NCBI GenBank assembly: GCA_022833215.1
Contig: JAIPUZ010000106.1
Span: 7,515-71,514 of the forward strand
Length of the DNA: 64,000 bases
DNA from: Mesorhizobium sp.
GTDB lineage: Bacteria > Pseudomonadota > Alphaproteobacteria > Rhizobiales > Rhizobiaceae
Direction: 5' to 3'
Below, in pieces: positions 27,966 to 38,113 of this stretch. Each line of letters opens with the position of its first letter. The stretch's first letter is position 1. The notes beneath the pieces were generated by a model. It ran no database searches. It worked only from the letters and a program-made list of their open reading frames with translations, and was not told where the DNA came from. The translations under genes and the position numbers were made by a program.

Positions 27966-28850
27966 TCAAAGTGCCTGAAGCGCGGCTTCGACCCTTCCGC
28001 GAACTTCCCCCGAAAGAGGCAGGATGGGACGCGGCGGCGCCAGACTGAACAGCCCGAGAACGTCGGCCAGCGCATACATGACGCGAAAGCTTCCGAATTC
28101 CCTGAACAGGGTCCAGAGCGGCTGGAAACCGGCATCGATTCGCCTGACTTCCGCCTCGTCCTGCGCCCGGGCGGCGCGCACCAGCCGCAGGGCCGGTTCC
28201 GGCAGAAGGCCGGCCACGACGCTGTACCATGCATCGCATCCTGCGAGCAGGGCGTCCGCGGCGCCCCAGTCGCCGCTGTAGCCGATCGCGAAACCCTCCG
28301 GCAGACGGGCACGCAGGCGCGCGAGTTCTCCGGCAAAATCGCCGTCGGAAGGCAGCGGCATCTTCACCGCCACGATATTGGGCACCTCCGACAGGCGGAC
28401 GATCAGGTCTTCGCTGAAGGTAAACTTCGTCGTGCCGGGGTTGTTGTAGATGCACAGCGGCAGGTTGCCGGCCTCCGCCACCGCGACCATGTGCCGGAAG
28501 ACCTCCTCCTCTGTCAGCGGCGTGTAGGACATGGGGGCCAGCAACAGCCCGTCGGTGCCCGCGCTCCTTGCGTCTGCGGCCAGAGCCTGCGCTTCGTCGG
28601 TCCTCAGCGCGCCGACGCCTGCGATAAGGGGACGTTTGTCGCCAAGGCACTCCACGGCCACATGAACGGCTCGCTGGCGCTCGGCGCGTGTGAGGTAGGC
28701 ATAGCCGCCCGTACTGCCGAGCAGCCAGACTGAATCCGCCGCGGCAGCGTCGATGCGCCTGACGAGAGCGGCAAGGGCCTTTTCCTGGATGCGCCCTTCG
28801 GCGTCTGCCGGAGTGGGCGGAAAAGCCGAAAGTCCGTCGAACAATCCCAA
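27966..28850 (-). CDS. Dihydrodipicolinate synthase (DapA)-like family lyase
   Basis: LGSTGGYAYL, LCIYNNPGTT and IVAVKMP Schiff-base Lys. TTG start with GGAG RBS. Confidence 0.9.
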   Translation of the reverse strand: MGLFDGLSAFPPTPADAEGRIQEKALAALVRRIDAAAADSVWLLGSTGGYAYLTRAERQRAVHVAVECLGDKRPLIAGVGALRTDEAQALAADARSAGTDGLLLAPMSYTPLTEEEVFRHMVAVAEAGNLPLCIYNNPGTTKFTFSEDLIVRLSEVPNIVAVKMPLPSDGDFAGELARLRARLPEGFAIGYSGDWGAADALLAGCDAWYSVVAGLLPEPALRLVRAARAQDEAEVRRIDAGFQPLWTLFREFGSFRVMYALADVLGLFSLAPPRPILPLSGEVRGRVEAALQAL

Positions 28851-28970
28851 AGGCAGCTCCCGTAGCCTGTCTGGCCGTCAAATGGCGGCCCGCAATGTCG
28901 AAATCCCGGCGATGCTGCAGGGCCGCATCCGCCGTGTCCGTCAGGCCAGTCGTTGGTGCAGAGGCCGGCC

Positions 28971-29870
28971 TTACTGGCGAGACGCCGGGGAAAGCGGGGC
29001 GGCGACCACGGTCTGCGCTTCATCGACCGGCCTGATCCTGAGTCGCGCAATGCGGTTCTTGTCGCGCTTCATCACCACGAAACGCTTGCCATGGAAGGTG
29101 AAAGCCTGCTTCTCGTCCGGGATCGACTGGGTCTCGTGGATGACGAGGCCGGCAATGGTCGTGGCCTCCTCGTCGGGCAGATTCCAGTCGAGGGCGCGGT
29201 TGAGGTCGCGGATCGGCACGGTGCCGTCGACGACGACCGAGCCATCCGCTTCCTTCTTCACCCCGGCCAGATCGATGTCGCTTTCGTCCGCGATCTCGCC
29301 GACGATCTCCTCGATGATGTCGCCCAGCGTCACCAGCCCCTCGACCTCGCCATACTCGTCCACCACGATGGCGAAATGCGCCTTGCGCCGCAGGAAGGCA
29401 TTGAGCTGCTCCTGCAAGGTGGTGGTGTCGGGCACGAACCACGGCTTTTCGGCGAATTTCATCAGATCGACGCGCGTGAGATCGTTGCCGGCCTCGTCCA
29501 GCGCGCGCAGCACATCCTTGGCGTGCAGCACGCCGACGATGTTGTCGAGCGAGCCGCGCCACAGCGGGATGCGGGTGTTGGGGCTTTGCAGGATTTCCCG
29601 CACGATGGCTTCCGGCGGATTGTCGGCATTGAGCGAGCGCATGTTGGTGCGGTGGACCATCACGTCGGAGACTTCGAGTTCGTCCAGTTCGAAGCGCTCG
29701 CCGAGCCATTGCCGGTCGTCGCGCGTTCCGTTGCCGCGCTGAGGCTCCTCGCCACCGGCCTGATCGGCCCGGACATAACCCATGGCTTCGGCCAGCCGGT
29801 GGCGCAGCAGCAAAGCTGCGGCCCCGAGCACCGCCAGAACAAGGGCGACGATCCAGCCGGCTTCCTTCAT
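28971..29870 (-). CDS. HlyC/CorC-family CBS-pair + CorC_HlyC protein with one N-terminal TM, lacking DUF21
   Basis: [45 protein letters not shown] and C-terminal [19 protein letters not shown] overlap with aroB. Confidence 0.85.
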   Translation of the reverse strand: MKEAGWIVALVLAVLGAAALLLRHRLAEAMGYVRADQAGGEEPQRGNGTRDDRQWLGERFELDELEVSDVMVHRTNMRSLNADNPPEAIVREILQSPNTRIPLWRGSLDNIVGVLHAKDVLRALDEAGNDLTRVDLMKFAEKPWFVPDTTTLQEQLNAFLRRKAHFAIVVDEYGEVEGLVTLGDIIEEIVGEIADESDIDLAGVKKEADGSVVVDGTVPIRDLNRALDWNLPDEEATTIAGLVIHETQSIPDEKQAFTFHGKRFVVMKRDKNRIARLRIRPVDEAQTVVAAPLSPASRQ

Positions 29871-30982
29871 CCCGTGTGGTTCTCCTTCAGGAAGGCCAGC
29901 ACTTCCGAAACGGGAACGTCGCGGGCGATGAAGGACTGGCCGATGCCGCGCGTCAGGATGAAGGTCAGCGCCCCGCGGCTGACCTTCTTGTCCTGCGCGA
30001 TGAAGGAAAGCAGCGTTTCGGCATCCGGCAGGCCGCCCGGAACGTCGGCCATGCGCCATGGCAGGCCAACGGCCTTCAGATGGGCCTCGACGCGCGCCGC
30101 ATCGTCGGGGCTGGCAAGATTCATGCGCGCCGAAAAGCGGTGCGCCAGCGCCATGCCGATGGCCACCCCCTCGCCATGCACGAGGCGGGCGCCGTCATAG
30201 GCGACGGCCGCTTCCAGCGCATGGCCGAAGGTGTGGCCGAGATTGAGCAGGGCGCGGTCGCCGGTCTCGAACTCGTCGCGCGCCACCACGTCGGCCTTGG
30301 CGCGGCAGGACTGCGCGATGGCCTCGATGCGGGCCGGGCCGCCGGCAAACACGTCCTGCCAGTTCCTCTCCAGCCAGGCGAAGAAATCCGGCCGGTCGAT
30401 GAGCCCGTATTTGGCGACCTCGGCATAGCCGGCGCGGAATTCGCGCAATGGAAGCGTGTCGAGCACGGAGGTGTCCGCCAGCACCAGCTTCGGCTGGTGG
30501 AACACGCCGATGAGGTTTTTTCCGCGCGTACTGTTGATGCCGGTCTTGCCGCCGACCGAGGAATCGACCTGCGCCAGCAGCGAGGTCGGCATCTGCACGA
30601 AATTCATGCCCCGGCGCACGATGCCGGCGGCGAAACCGGAAAGATCGCCGATCACGCCGCCACCGAAGGCGATGACCGCATCGCCGCGCTCCAGCCTTGC
30701 GGCCAGAACCGCGTCGACCACCTCCTGAAGGGCGGCGAAATTCTTGGTCTTCTCGCCGGCCGGCAGCACGATGGTGGACGATGCGATGCCGCCCGCGTCG
30801 AGCCCCGCCTTCAGGGCTTCCAGATGCTGCGCCGCAACGTTTTCATCGGTGACGATCGCCGTGCGGATGCCCGCAAGCCGGCTGCCGATCTCCGCGCCGG
30901 CGCGCCCGATCAGGCCAGGCCCGATCAATATATCGTAGGCCCGATCGCCCAGCCCCACCTCGACCTTCACGTCTTCGCTCAC
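29867..30982 (-). CDS. aroB: 3-dehydroquinate synthase
   Basis: [52 protein letters not shown] and [12 protein letters not shown] overlap with aroK. Confidence 0.97.
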   Translation of the reverse strand: MSEDVKVEVGLGDRAYDILIGPGLIGRAGAEIGSRLAGIRTAIVTDENVAAQHLEALKAGLDAGGIASSTIVLPAGEKTKNFAALQEVVDAVLAARLERGDAVIAFGGGVIGDLSGFAAGIVRRGMNFVQMPTSLLAQVDSSVGGKTGINSTRGKNLIGVFHQPKLVLADTSVLDTLPLREFRAGYAEVAKYGLIDRPDFFAWLERNWQDVFAGGPARIEAIAQSCRAKADVVARDEFETGDRALLNLGHTFGHALEAAVAYDGARLVHGEGVAIGMALAHRFSARMNLASPDDAARVEAHLKAVGLPWRMADVPGGLPDAETLLSFIAQDKKVSRGALTFILTRGIGQSFIARDVPVSEVLAFLKENHTG

Positions 30983-31575
30983 TCGTCCACCTCGCCGGAA
31001 AGCCCCATATGGCGGCTGATCGCATCGATCACCTCGGCGGCGATCACGTCCTTGGTTTCGTCGCGCGTCACCACGGCCATGTCGGCAAGCGAATAGACCG
31101 GATAGCGCTCGTCCATCAGCCGCCTGAGAACGCCGCGCGGATCGGGATCGCGCAACAATGGCCGGTGCTGCTTCTTCGCCACCCGCTCCATGAGCAGGTC
31201 CAGATCGGCCTTCAGCCAGACGGACACGCCCTGGCTGGCGATGGCCGCGCGCGTATCCTCGTTCATATAGGCCCCGCCGCCGGTGGAGAGAACCTTCGGC
31301 CCGCTTTCGAGGATGCGGGCGATGACCCGCTGCTCCAGCGCCCGGAACTCCGGTTCGCCATAGGCTTCGAACAGTTCGGGGATGGTCATGCGAGACACAT
31401 CCTCGATCTCGTGGTCGCTGTCGACGAAGGGCAAGCCGAGCGCGGCCGCCACCTTGCGGCCGATGGAGGTCTTGCCGGCACCCATCAGGCCGACGAGCAC
31501 GATGGAGCGATTGCCCAGCCTGTCGAGGAGGGCGGCGTGGTCGGCCTGCTTTGCGGATGCCTGCTGTGCGTTCAT
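30979..31575 (-). CDS. aroK: Shikimate kinase
   Basis: [26 protein letters not shown] and RPLL. Confidence 0.97.
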   Translation of the reverse strand: MNAQQASAKQADHAALLDRLGNRSIVLVGLMGAGKTSIGRKVAAALGLPFVDSDHEIEDVSRMTIPELFEAYGEPEFRALEQRVIARILESGPKVLSTGGGAYMNEDTRAAIASQGVSVWLKADLDLLMERVAKKQHRPLLRDPDPRGVLRRLMDERYPVYSLADMAVVTRDETKDVIAAEVIDAISRHMGLSGEVDE

Positions 31576-31704
31576 TGTGGCGTATCCACATGAAAAGCCG
31601 GGTTGCGTCAAGCAGCGCGGAAGCCTGCATGCCCTTGAAATACCCGCAACACCGTCTCATAAGGAGACAATTCCGGGCCGGCGAGAAAGAACCAGCGAAA
31701 ATTC

Positions 31705-31857
31705 ATGCCGACACTGTTCCGTTTCGTCGTCACGCTCGCCGTACTGGCGGGCATCGTCTATGGCGCCATGGTGGCGCTGGTCATGTTCGTCGAGCCGAAG
31801 CAGGCGGAGCTGAGCGTGCGCATTCCGGCCGAAAGACTGAACCCGCAAAAACCGTAA
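31705..31857 (+). CDS. Small single-TM protein (50 aa), not in the ORF track
   Basis: [50 protein letters not shown]. Fills the aroK-xerD gap and resembles the short protein I recall preceding xerD in Rhizobiales. Confidence 0.75.
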   Translation: MPTLFRFVVTLAVLAGIVYGAMVALVMFVEPKQAELSVRIPAERLNPQKP

Positions 31858-31876
31858 CAAGCTGCGGCAGACGCCC

Positions 31877-32794
31877 ATGAAGGATGCGGCCCGCATCGAA
31901 GCCTTCCTCGAAATGATGAGCGCCGAACGGGGCGCGGCGCACAACACGCTCGAATCCTATCGCCGCGATCTCGAGGATGCCTCAGCTACCATCGGGGGCG
32001 GGCTGGCGGCGGCGGATACGGCAGCGCTTCAGGCCTATCTGGAAGGGATCGCCACACGCGGCTTCGCCGCCTCCTCGCAGGCCCGCAAGCTGTCGGCGCT
32101 GCGCCAGTTCTTCGCCTTCCTCTATGCCGAAGGGCTGCGGACGGACGACCCCACCGGCACGCTCGACAGCCCGAAGAAGAAAATGGCGCTGCCCAGGACC
32201 ATGAGCGAGGCCGACACCGGACGCCTGCTCGACCGCGCCGCGGCGGAGGCTGCCGATCCCGCGCTCGCGGGCGGTGACGCCATTGCCGCCCTGCGCCTTC
32301 ATGCGCTCGTTGAGGTGCTTTACGCGACGGGCCTGCGCGTCTCCGAACTGGTCGCCCTGCCGGTCGCCGTTGCGCAGCGCGACGACCGTTTCTTCATGGT
32401 CAGGGGCAAGGGCAACAGGGAGCGCATGGTGCCGCTGTCGGCCAAGGCTCGCGCCGCCATGCAGACATGGCTTGCTGCGCGAGGGAGGGTGCCGCGCTTC
32501 GCCGAAAGCCCGTTCCTGTTTCCCGCCGCCTCCGAAGGCGGCTGTCTCGCACGGCAGGTGTTCGCGCGTGAACTGAAGGGCCTTGCCGCGCGCGCCGGCA
32601 TTGCGTCGGGAAAGATTTCACCGCATGTGCTGCGCCACGCCTTCGCCAGCCATCTGCTGCAAAACGGCGCCGACCTGCGCGCCGTGCAGCAGCTTCTGGG
32701 TCACGCGGATATTTCGACCACCCAGATCTACACCCATGTTCTGGAAGAGCGGCTGATGCGGCTGGTCAATGACCACCATCCGCTTGCCGACTAG
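31877..32794 (+). CDS. xerD: Site-specific tyrosine recombinase XerD
   Basis: [41 protein letters not shown] and [16 protein letters not shown]. Confidence 0.9.
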   Translation: MKDAARIEAFLEMMSAERGAAHNTLESYRRDLEDASATIGGGLAAADTAALQAYLEGIATRGFAASSQARKLSALRQFFAFLYAEGLRTDDPTGTLDSPKKKMALPRTMSEADTGRLLDRAAAEAADPALAGGDAIAALRLHALVEVLYATGLRVSELVALPVAVAQRDDRFFMVRGKGNRERMVPLSAKARAAMQTWLAARGRVPRFAESPFLFPAASEGGCLARQVFARELKGLAARAGIASGKISPHVLRHAFASHLLQNGADLRAVQQLLGHADISTTQIYTHVLEERLMRLVNDHHPLAD

Positions 32795-32900
32795 GTCTCA
32801 TATCGCTATGTGAGGGCGACATTTCGCGCCTGATAACCTTCTGTTCACGGTTGCGCAGGCATCAATCAACGCCATTTCCGGCGCACTGGTCCGCTCACGA

Positions 32901-33851
32901 ATGTACAATTATCTCGACTTCGAAAAACCGGTTGCCGATCTGGAAGGCAAGATCCTCGAACTGAAGAAGCTTGCCGAAGGCGGCGAGTCCGTGGATGTCG
33001 CCGACGAGATCGCACGGCTTGAAAAGCGCTCCCGCGATGCACTCCGCGACCTCTACAAGGCGCTGACGCCCTGGCAGAAAGTGCAGGTGGCGCGCCATCC
33101 CGACCGCCCGCACTGCCTCGACTATGTGCGCGGCCTGTTCACCGGGTTCACGCCGCTCGCCGGCGACCGCACCTTCGGCGAGGATCAGGCGCTGATCGGC
33201 GGCTTCGCACGCTTCCGCGGCGAGCCGGTGGCGATCCTCGGGCAGGAGAAAGGCTCCGATACGGCAAGCCGCCTCAGGCACAATTTCGGCTCGGTGCGTC
33301 CCGAAGGCTATCGCAAGGCGGTGCGCATCATGGAGCTTGCCGACCGCTTCGGCATTCCGCTGATCTCGCTGGTCGATACCGCCGGCGCCTATCCCGGCGT
33401 CGGCGCCGAGGAACGCGGTCAGGCCGAGGCCATTGCACGCTCGACCTCGACCGGCCTCGGCCTCAAGGTGCCCTCCATCTCCATCATCATCGGCGAGGGC
33501 GGTTCCGGCGGCGCAATCGCCATCGCCACCGCCAACCGGGTCTACATGCTGGAGCACGCCATCTATTCGGTGATCTCGCCGGAGGGCGCGGCCTCGATCC
33601 TGTGGCGGGATACCACCCGCTCGAAGGACGCGGCCACCAACATGAAGATCACCGCGCAGGACCTGCTCAATCTCAGGATCATCGATGCGGTGGTTCCCGA
33701 GCCACTGGGCGGCGCTCACCGCGGCCCCGAAACGGTCATCGCCGCAACCGGCGACCTGATCGCGCGCACCATGAAGGAATTCGGCGAAGGAAACGTCGAT
33801 TTCCGCGAGCAGCGCCGCGAAAAATACCTGGCAATGGGCCGCAACCTCTGA
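32901..33851 (+). CDS. accA: Acetyl-CoA carboxylase carboxyltransferase alpha
   Basis: YLDFEKP, ARHPDRP, PEGYRKAVR, DTAGAYPG and GEGGSGGA. Confidence 0.97.
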   Translation: MYNYLDFEKPVADLEGKILELKKLAEGGESVDVADEIARLEKRSRDALRDLYKALTPWQKVQVARHPDRPHCLDYVRGLFTGFTPLAGDRTFGEDQALIGGFARFRGEPVAILGQEKGSDTASRLRHNFGSVRPEGYRKAVRIMELADRFGIPLISLVDTAGAYPGVGAEERGQAEAIARSTSTGLGLKVPSISIIIGEGGSGGAIAIATANRVYMLEHAIYSVISPEGAASILWRDTTRSKDAATNMKITAQDLLNLRIIDAVVPEPLGGAHRGPETVIAATGDLIARTMKEFGEGNVDFREQRREKYLAMGRNL

Positions 33852-34152
33852 TCGTTGCGGTCGCCACCGCATTTTCGCCATAAAGATGCCACCGCATCCG
33901 CCGATAACGCAGCCGTGAAGGCCGTTCCGGCGGTGAGGTGTGCCGGACCGGCTTGCGGTAAGGATTTTGCAAGGTTAACGAGTTTATAGCAATTTCAGGA
34001 AAAGGCCCGGCATCAGCTTGCCGAACCGGCCGTTTCCATGGGAATTGAGCGGCTATGCCTTCCGGCTGCGAAAGGTGTCCGGTCGTTCGCTCCCGCCAGT
34101 TGTGACGTTGTTGCCTGGCCGACGGGCCGGATGACGGGGAAAGACGAAGAGC

Positions 34153-35448
34153 GTGTCCATGCTGACCAGATTCGCCAGGGCCGGACTTCTCATCGGTGCG
34201 CTAGGGGGCGCCATCGCGCTTGCCGGCTGCACAGATTCCTCCATCGGGGATTTTGCGCCCCAGCATGCCAACCGGCAGCTTCCGCCAAAAATTCAGCAGG
34301 CGATGAAGGCCAAGGGCATGAACAAGACGTCGCCGATCCTGGCGCGCGTGTTCAAGGAAGAAGGCAAGCTGGAAATCTGGAAACAGAAGACCAACGGCCG
34401 CTACGATATCATCGCCAGCTACGACATCTGCAAATGGTCGGGCAAGCTCGGCCCGAAATTCACCGAGGGCGACCGGCAGGCGCCGGAAGGCTTCTATACG
34501 GTTCGGCCTTCGCAGATGAAGCCGAACTCGCAATATCATCTGGCATTCAACATCGGCTACCCGAATGCCTATGACCGCGCCAACGGACGCACCGGCTCCA
34601 ACCTGATGGTGCATGGCGCCTGCTCCTCGGCCGGCTGTTATTCGATGACCGACCAGCAGATCGAGGAAATCTACGCCTTCGGCCGCGACGCCTTCCAGGG
34701 CGGCCAGACCGAGTTCCAGGTGCAGGCATTCCCCTTCCGCATGACCGCCGCCAACATGGCGCGCTACCGCAACGACCCGAACTATGAGTTCTGGAAGATG
34801 CTGAAGGTCGGCTACGACCATTTCGAGCTGACCAGGGTGCCGCCGAAGGTGGACGTGTGCGAGCGGCGATACGTGTTCAACCAGATTCCGGTGGATGGCC
34901 AGCCCTTCAACCCGACCGGCGCCTGCCCGGCCAGCTCGCAGCCGGATTCGCTGAAAGTTGCCTACAGCAGCTACCAGAGCACCTATGAAGCGGCCTTCAA
35001 CAGCGCGCTGAAGGCTTCCACCCCGGCGCCCAAGCCCACCATCGCCGGCATCAAGGAAGCCAACATCGTCTCGGAGTGGACGCGCAAGCGTGCACGCGGC
35101 GAGCGCGTGCCGGTCGAGCCGCCGTCGCTCAACCCTGACGGCACCGTCACCCAGACCGAGCGCATGGGCCGCATCGATTCGGCCGAAGGCCGCCGCATGG
35201 CCGCCATCGATGCCGAGCAGGCAGCGAAGAAGAAAGCCGCCGAGGAAAAGGCCGCCGCCGTTGCAGCCGCCAGGGCTGCCGTGGAAGCGCAGAAGGTTGA
35301 AACCGCTGCTGCGGCCAAGGCCGCCGAGATCGCTGCGCAGACGCCCCGGCAGGCGCTGGAGGTTCAGGCGGCCCAGTCCGGCGCTCCGGCTGACGATGGC
35401 GCCGCCGCCAAGCTGAAGAAGCGGCTGCTCGGCATGTTCGGTGGCTGA
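34153..35448 (+). CDS. Murein L,D-transpeptidase family lipoprotein (YafK/DpaA-like) with Ala/Lys-rich tail
   Basis: Lipobox LAGC; ARVFKEEGKLEIWK; EGDRQAPEGFY; MVHGACSSAGC catalytic motif. Confidence 0.9.
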   Translation: MSMLTRFARAGLLIGALGGAIALAGCTDSSIGDFAPQHANRQLPPKIQQAMKAKGMNKTSPILARVFKEEGKLEIWKQKTNGRYDIIASYDICKWSGKLGPKFTEGDRQAPEGFYTVRPSQMKPNSQYHLAFNIGYPNAYDRANGRTGSNLMVHGACSSAGCYSMTDQQIEEIYAFGRDAFQGGQTEFQVQAFPFRMTAANMARYRNDPNYEFWKMLKVGYDHFELTRVPPKVDVCERRYVFNQIPVDGQPFNPTGACPASSQPDSLKVAYSSYQSTYEAAFNSALKASTPAPKPTIAGIKEANIVSEWTRKRARGERVPVEPPSLNPDGTVTQTERMGRIDSAEGRRMAAIDAEQAAKKKAAEEKAAAVAAARAAVEAQKVETAAAAKAAEIAAQTPRQALEVQAAQSGAPADDGAAAKLKKRLLGMFGG

Positions 35449-35689
35449 CACCGACTTGCCCGGCGACACCGACGTCTACGATCTGCGGGGTCTCAACTGC
35501 CCGTTGCCGGTGCTGAAGGCGCGCAAGCGCCTCGCAGGTCTCCCGCGGGGCGCGCGACTGTGGCTGGAAACCACCGATCCGCTCGCTGTTCTCGATATTC
35601 CGGCCTTCTGCAACGAGGCCGGTCATATTCTCATCGAGACCATGGCGCTGGACGGCGCCCACCGCTTCCTGATCGAGCGGGGCGGCTGA
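35441..35689 (+). CDS. TusA/SirA-family sulfurtransferase
   Basis: YDLRGLNCPLPVLK and TTDPLAVLDIPAFC. Confidence 0.9.
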   Translation: MADTDLPGDTDVYDLRGLNCPLPVLKARKRLAGLPRGARLWLETTDPLAVLDIPAFCNEAGHILIETMALDGAHRFLIERGG

Positions 35690-35697
35690 GTCCGGTC

Positions 35698-36813
35698 TTA
35701 TCGTCCCGGTATGGCCAGCGGATTGTGTTCGAGCGCGGTGCGATCCGGCATGTCGATCTGCGGCGTGTTGGTGATTGCCGCGAACAGACGCGCCACGTAG
35801 TCGCCCGGCATATCGAGCGTGATCAGCACCAGTCGCGTGCCGCGCTTCTCGTCCGGCCAGGCGGGAAGGCGTGCCGGTGGATGCAGAATCTTCTGCACGC
35901 CGTGCACCACCAGCGGGCGCGACGGGTCTTCGGCAAGCTCCACGATCCCCTTCATGCGCAGAAGGTTCTCACCATGGGTGGAGCGCAGCAGATCGAAAAA
36001 CATCTCGATGGCCGCGAACGGCACCGGCCCGTCATGGACCAGCGTGTCGGTGCGGATGCGCGAGTCGTGGTGGTGATGGTGTGGTGCGGCATGGTCGTGA
36101 TCGCAATCATGATGATGGTGGCCGTGCCCATGCCCGTGACGGTCATGCTGAGCCTCGCCCAGCCAGCGGCGCACATCGGCGCTCTTGGTTTCCGGGTCAT
36201 AGAGCCCGCAGCCGAACAGGTCGGGCAGCCCGGCATTGCGGACATCGAGGATCGGCGCGGACGGATTGAGTCGCCGCAGGCGCGCCGCCAGCTCGGCCGG
36301 AACCGCCTCGTCTGCAACCATGTCCAGCTTTGAGATGACGATGCGGTCGGCGACCGCCGCCTGCTTCACCGCCTCCATATGGGCATCCAGGGTGGCCGCG
36401 CCATTGACCGCATCGACCAGCGTCAGAACGCCGTCCAGCCGGAAAGCCTGAACCAGCACCGGATGCGCCATGATCGACTGAAGCACCGGCGCCGGGTCGG
36501 CAAGGCCGGTCGTCTCGATGACCACCCTCGACAGAGCCGGGATACGCCCGGTCTGCACCCGGTCGACCAGCTCGGCCAGCGTATCGACCAGTTCGCCGCG
36601 CACCGTGCAGCACAGGCAGCCGTCCGACAGCTCGATGATGCCGTCCGACGCCTGCTCGACCAGCAGGTGGTCGATGGCGACATCGCCGAATTCATTGATG
36701 ATGACGGCGGTGTCCCTGAGTTCGGGATTCTTCAGCAGACGGTTGAGCAGAGTCGTCTTGCCCGAACCGAGGAAGCCGGTCAGCACCGTGACGGAAATGG
36801 GAAAGCCGGACAT
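35698..36813 (-). CDS. CobW/COG0523 GTP-dependent metallochaperone
   Basis: TGFLGSGKTT, INEFG, GCLCC, IETTGLADP, His-rich insert and LLRMKG. Confidence 0.93.
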   Translation of the reverse strand: MSGFPISVTVLTGFLGSGKTTLLNRLLKNPELRDTAVIINEFGDVAIDHLLVEQASDGIIELSDGCLCCTVRGELVDTLAELVDRVQTGRIPALSRVVIETTGLADPAPVLQSIMAHPVLVQAFRLDGVLTLVDAVNGAATLDAHMEAVKQAAVADRIVISKLDMVADEAVPAELAARLRRLNPSAPILDVRNAGLPDLFGCGLYDPETKSADVRRWLGEAQHDRHGHGHGHHHHDCDHDHAAPHHHHHDSRIRTDTLVHDGPVPFAAIEMFFDLLRSTHGENLLRMKGIVELAEDPSRPLVVHGVQKILHPPARLPAWPDEKRGTRLVLITLDMPGDYVARLFAAITNTPQIDMPDRTALEHNPLAIPGR

Positions 36814-36822
36814 GGATAAGGA

Positions 36823-37938
36823 TCAGCCGCCCTGTGCCGAAGTGGCGAACACTGGCGGCGGCAGGTCCGGCCGCCAGCCGGGGACCGGCACATCCGCATA
36901 TTCGGCACGCCCGATCATGGCTTTCGGCACCGGCCCGGTCGCGCCGCCAAGGCTGACGACGACCAGCTTCGGGTCGGTGAGCTTCTGCTGATAGATCGAC
37001 TTCGGTCCTTCCTCCTTCGGCCCGGTGGAGGCTTCGGACTGGGTTGCGGCCTCGGCGGGCTTGCACACCACCGGGCGCAGGTCCGTCGGCGTCTGCGTAT
37101 CGCCATAGGGCGCCAATGTCGCGATGGTGGCGCTGCCCTGCCCCTGCGTGGCGAAGCCGGCGTCGAGCAGCTTTGCCACGGTCTCGGCACGGGTAAGCCC
37201 GTTCTTCTCGCCGAACACGACCGCGGCCAGCGTGCGCCCGTTGCGGGTGGCCGTGCCGATCAGGTTGAAGCCCGATTCGCACACGAAGCCGGTCTTCATG
37301 CCGTCGGCGCCCGGATAGCGGCCGACCAGAAGATTGTAGTTCGGAATCCGGGTCTTGCCGAAGGCGAGTCCCTCGATGCCGTACCAGGCGTTATATTGCG
37401 GGAAATCGCGGCGCAACGCCGTCACCAGCAACGCCATGTCGCGCGCCGTCGTATATTGCTCGGGCGAGAACAGCCCGTTCGGATTGACGAAATGCGTGCC
37501 GCTCATGCCGAGCCGGGCGGCTTCCGCATTCATGCGTTTGGCGAAATCAGCCTGCGTGCCGCCGATGTTTTCGCCGATGGCCATGGCGACGTCGTTGGCC
37601 GACTTGATCATCATCATCTTCAGCGCATTGTCGAGCCGCATCACCTGCCCGACCTTGAAGCCCATCTTGCTGGGCGGCTGGTTGACGGCATTGCGCGTCA
37701 TCCTGATCGGCGAATCGAGCGCCACCTCTCCCGCGTCGATGGCGCGGAAGGCGACGTAGGCCGTCATGATCTTGGTCAGGGACGCCGGGTACCAGCGCTT
37801 GAACGCATCTTCATGCGCAAGCACCTTGCCGGTGTTCAGCTCGAAAAGCAGCGTCGGGTTTGCCCATGAAGGCGCCGAAAGAGCGCCAAGCCCGAGCGCA
37901 CCGAAAAGCGCCAGTTTCACGAAACGCGTGGTTGTCAT
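36823..37938 (-). CDS. D-alanyl-D-alanine carboxypeptidase (S11)
   Basis: PASLTK (SxxK), SAND (SxN), KTG and an N-terminal signal peptide. Confidence 0.93.
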   Translation of the reverse strand: MTTTRFVKLALFGALGLGALSAPSWANPTLLFELNTGKVLAHEDAFKRWYPASLTKIMTAYVAFRAIDAGEVALDSPIRMTRNAVNQPPSKMGFKVGQVMRLDNALKMMMIKSANDVAMAIGENIGGTQADFAKRMNAEAARLGMSGTHFVNPNGLFSPEQYTTARDMALLVTALRRDFPQYNAWYGIEGLAFGKTRIPNYNLLVGRYPGADGMKTGFVCESGFNLIGTATRNGRTLAAVVFGEKNGLTRAETVAKLLDAGFATQGQGSATIATLAPYGDTQTPTDLRPVVCKPAEAATQSEASTGPKEEGPKSIYQQKLTDPKLVVVSLGGATGPVPKAMIGRAEYADVPVPGWRPDLPPPVFATSAQGG

Positions 37939-38113
37939 GTCGATCCGAATATCCTGTGCCGTGGTCGGTCTGGCCCTCGGACGCGCAGCAATGGCGCTGC
38001 CCGCTCTTCCCCGGCCGCTTCAGCTGGTGCTATTTAACCTATATGTCGTCAACATGGCAAAGCCGGTCGTCATCCTGCGACCGCAATTTGTCCATCCGGA
38101 GCCAAGAGAAGCA

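Noticed and set aside
31877-32794. Tyrosine recombinase as a phage or island integrase
   Set aside because: Sequence and aroK/accA synteny identify housekeeping XerD; no att sites or cargo genes.
35200-35400. Ala/Lys-rich pseudo-repeats at the end of the L,D-transpeptidase gene
   Set aside because: Low-complexity helical linker codons, not a DNA repeat element.
36090-36160. His-rich low-complexity stretch in CobW (and in BolA, 27620-27660)
   Set aside because: Normal metal-binding feature of these families.
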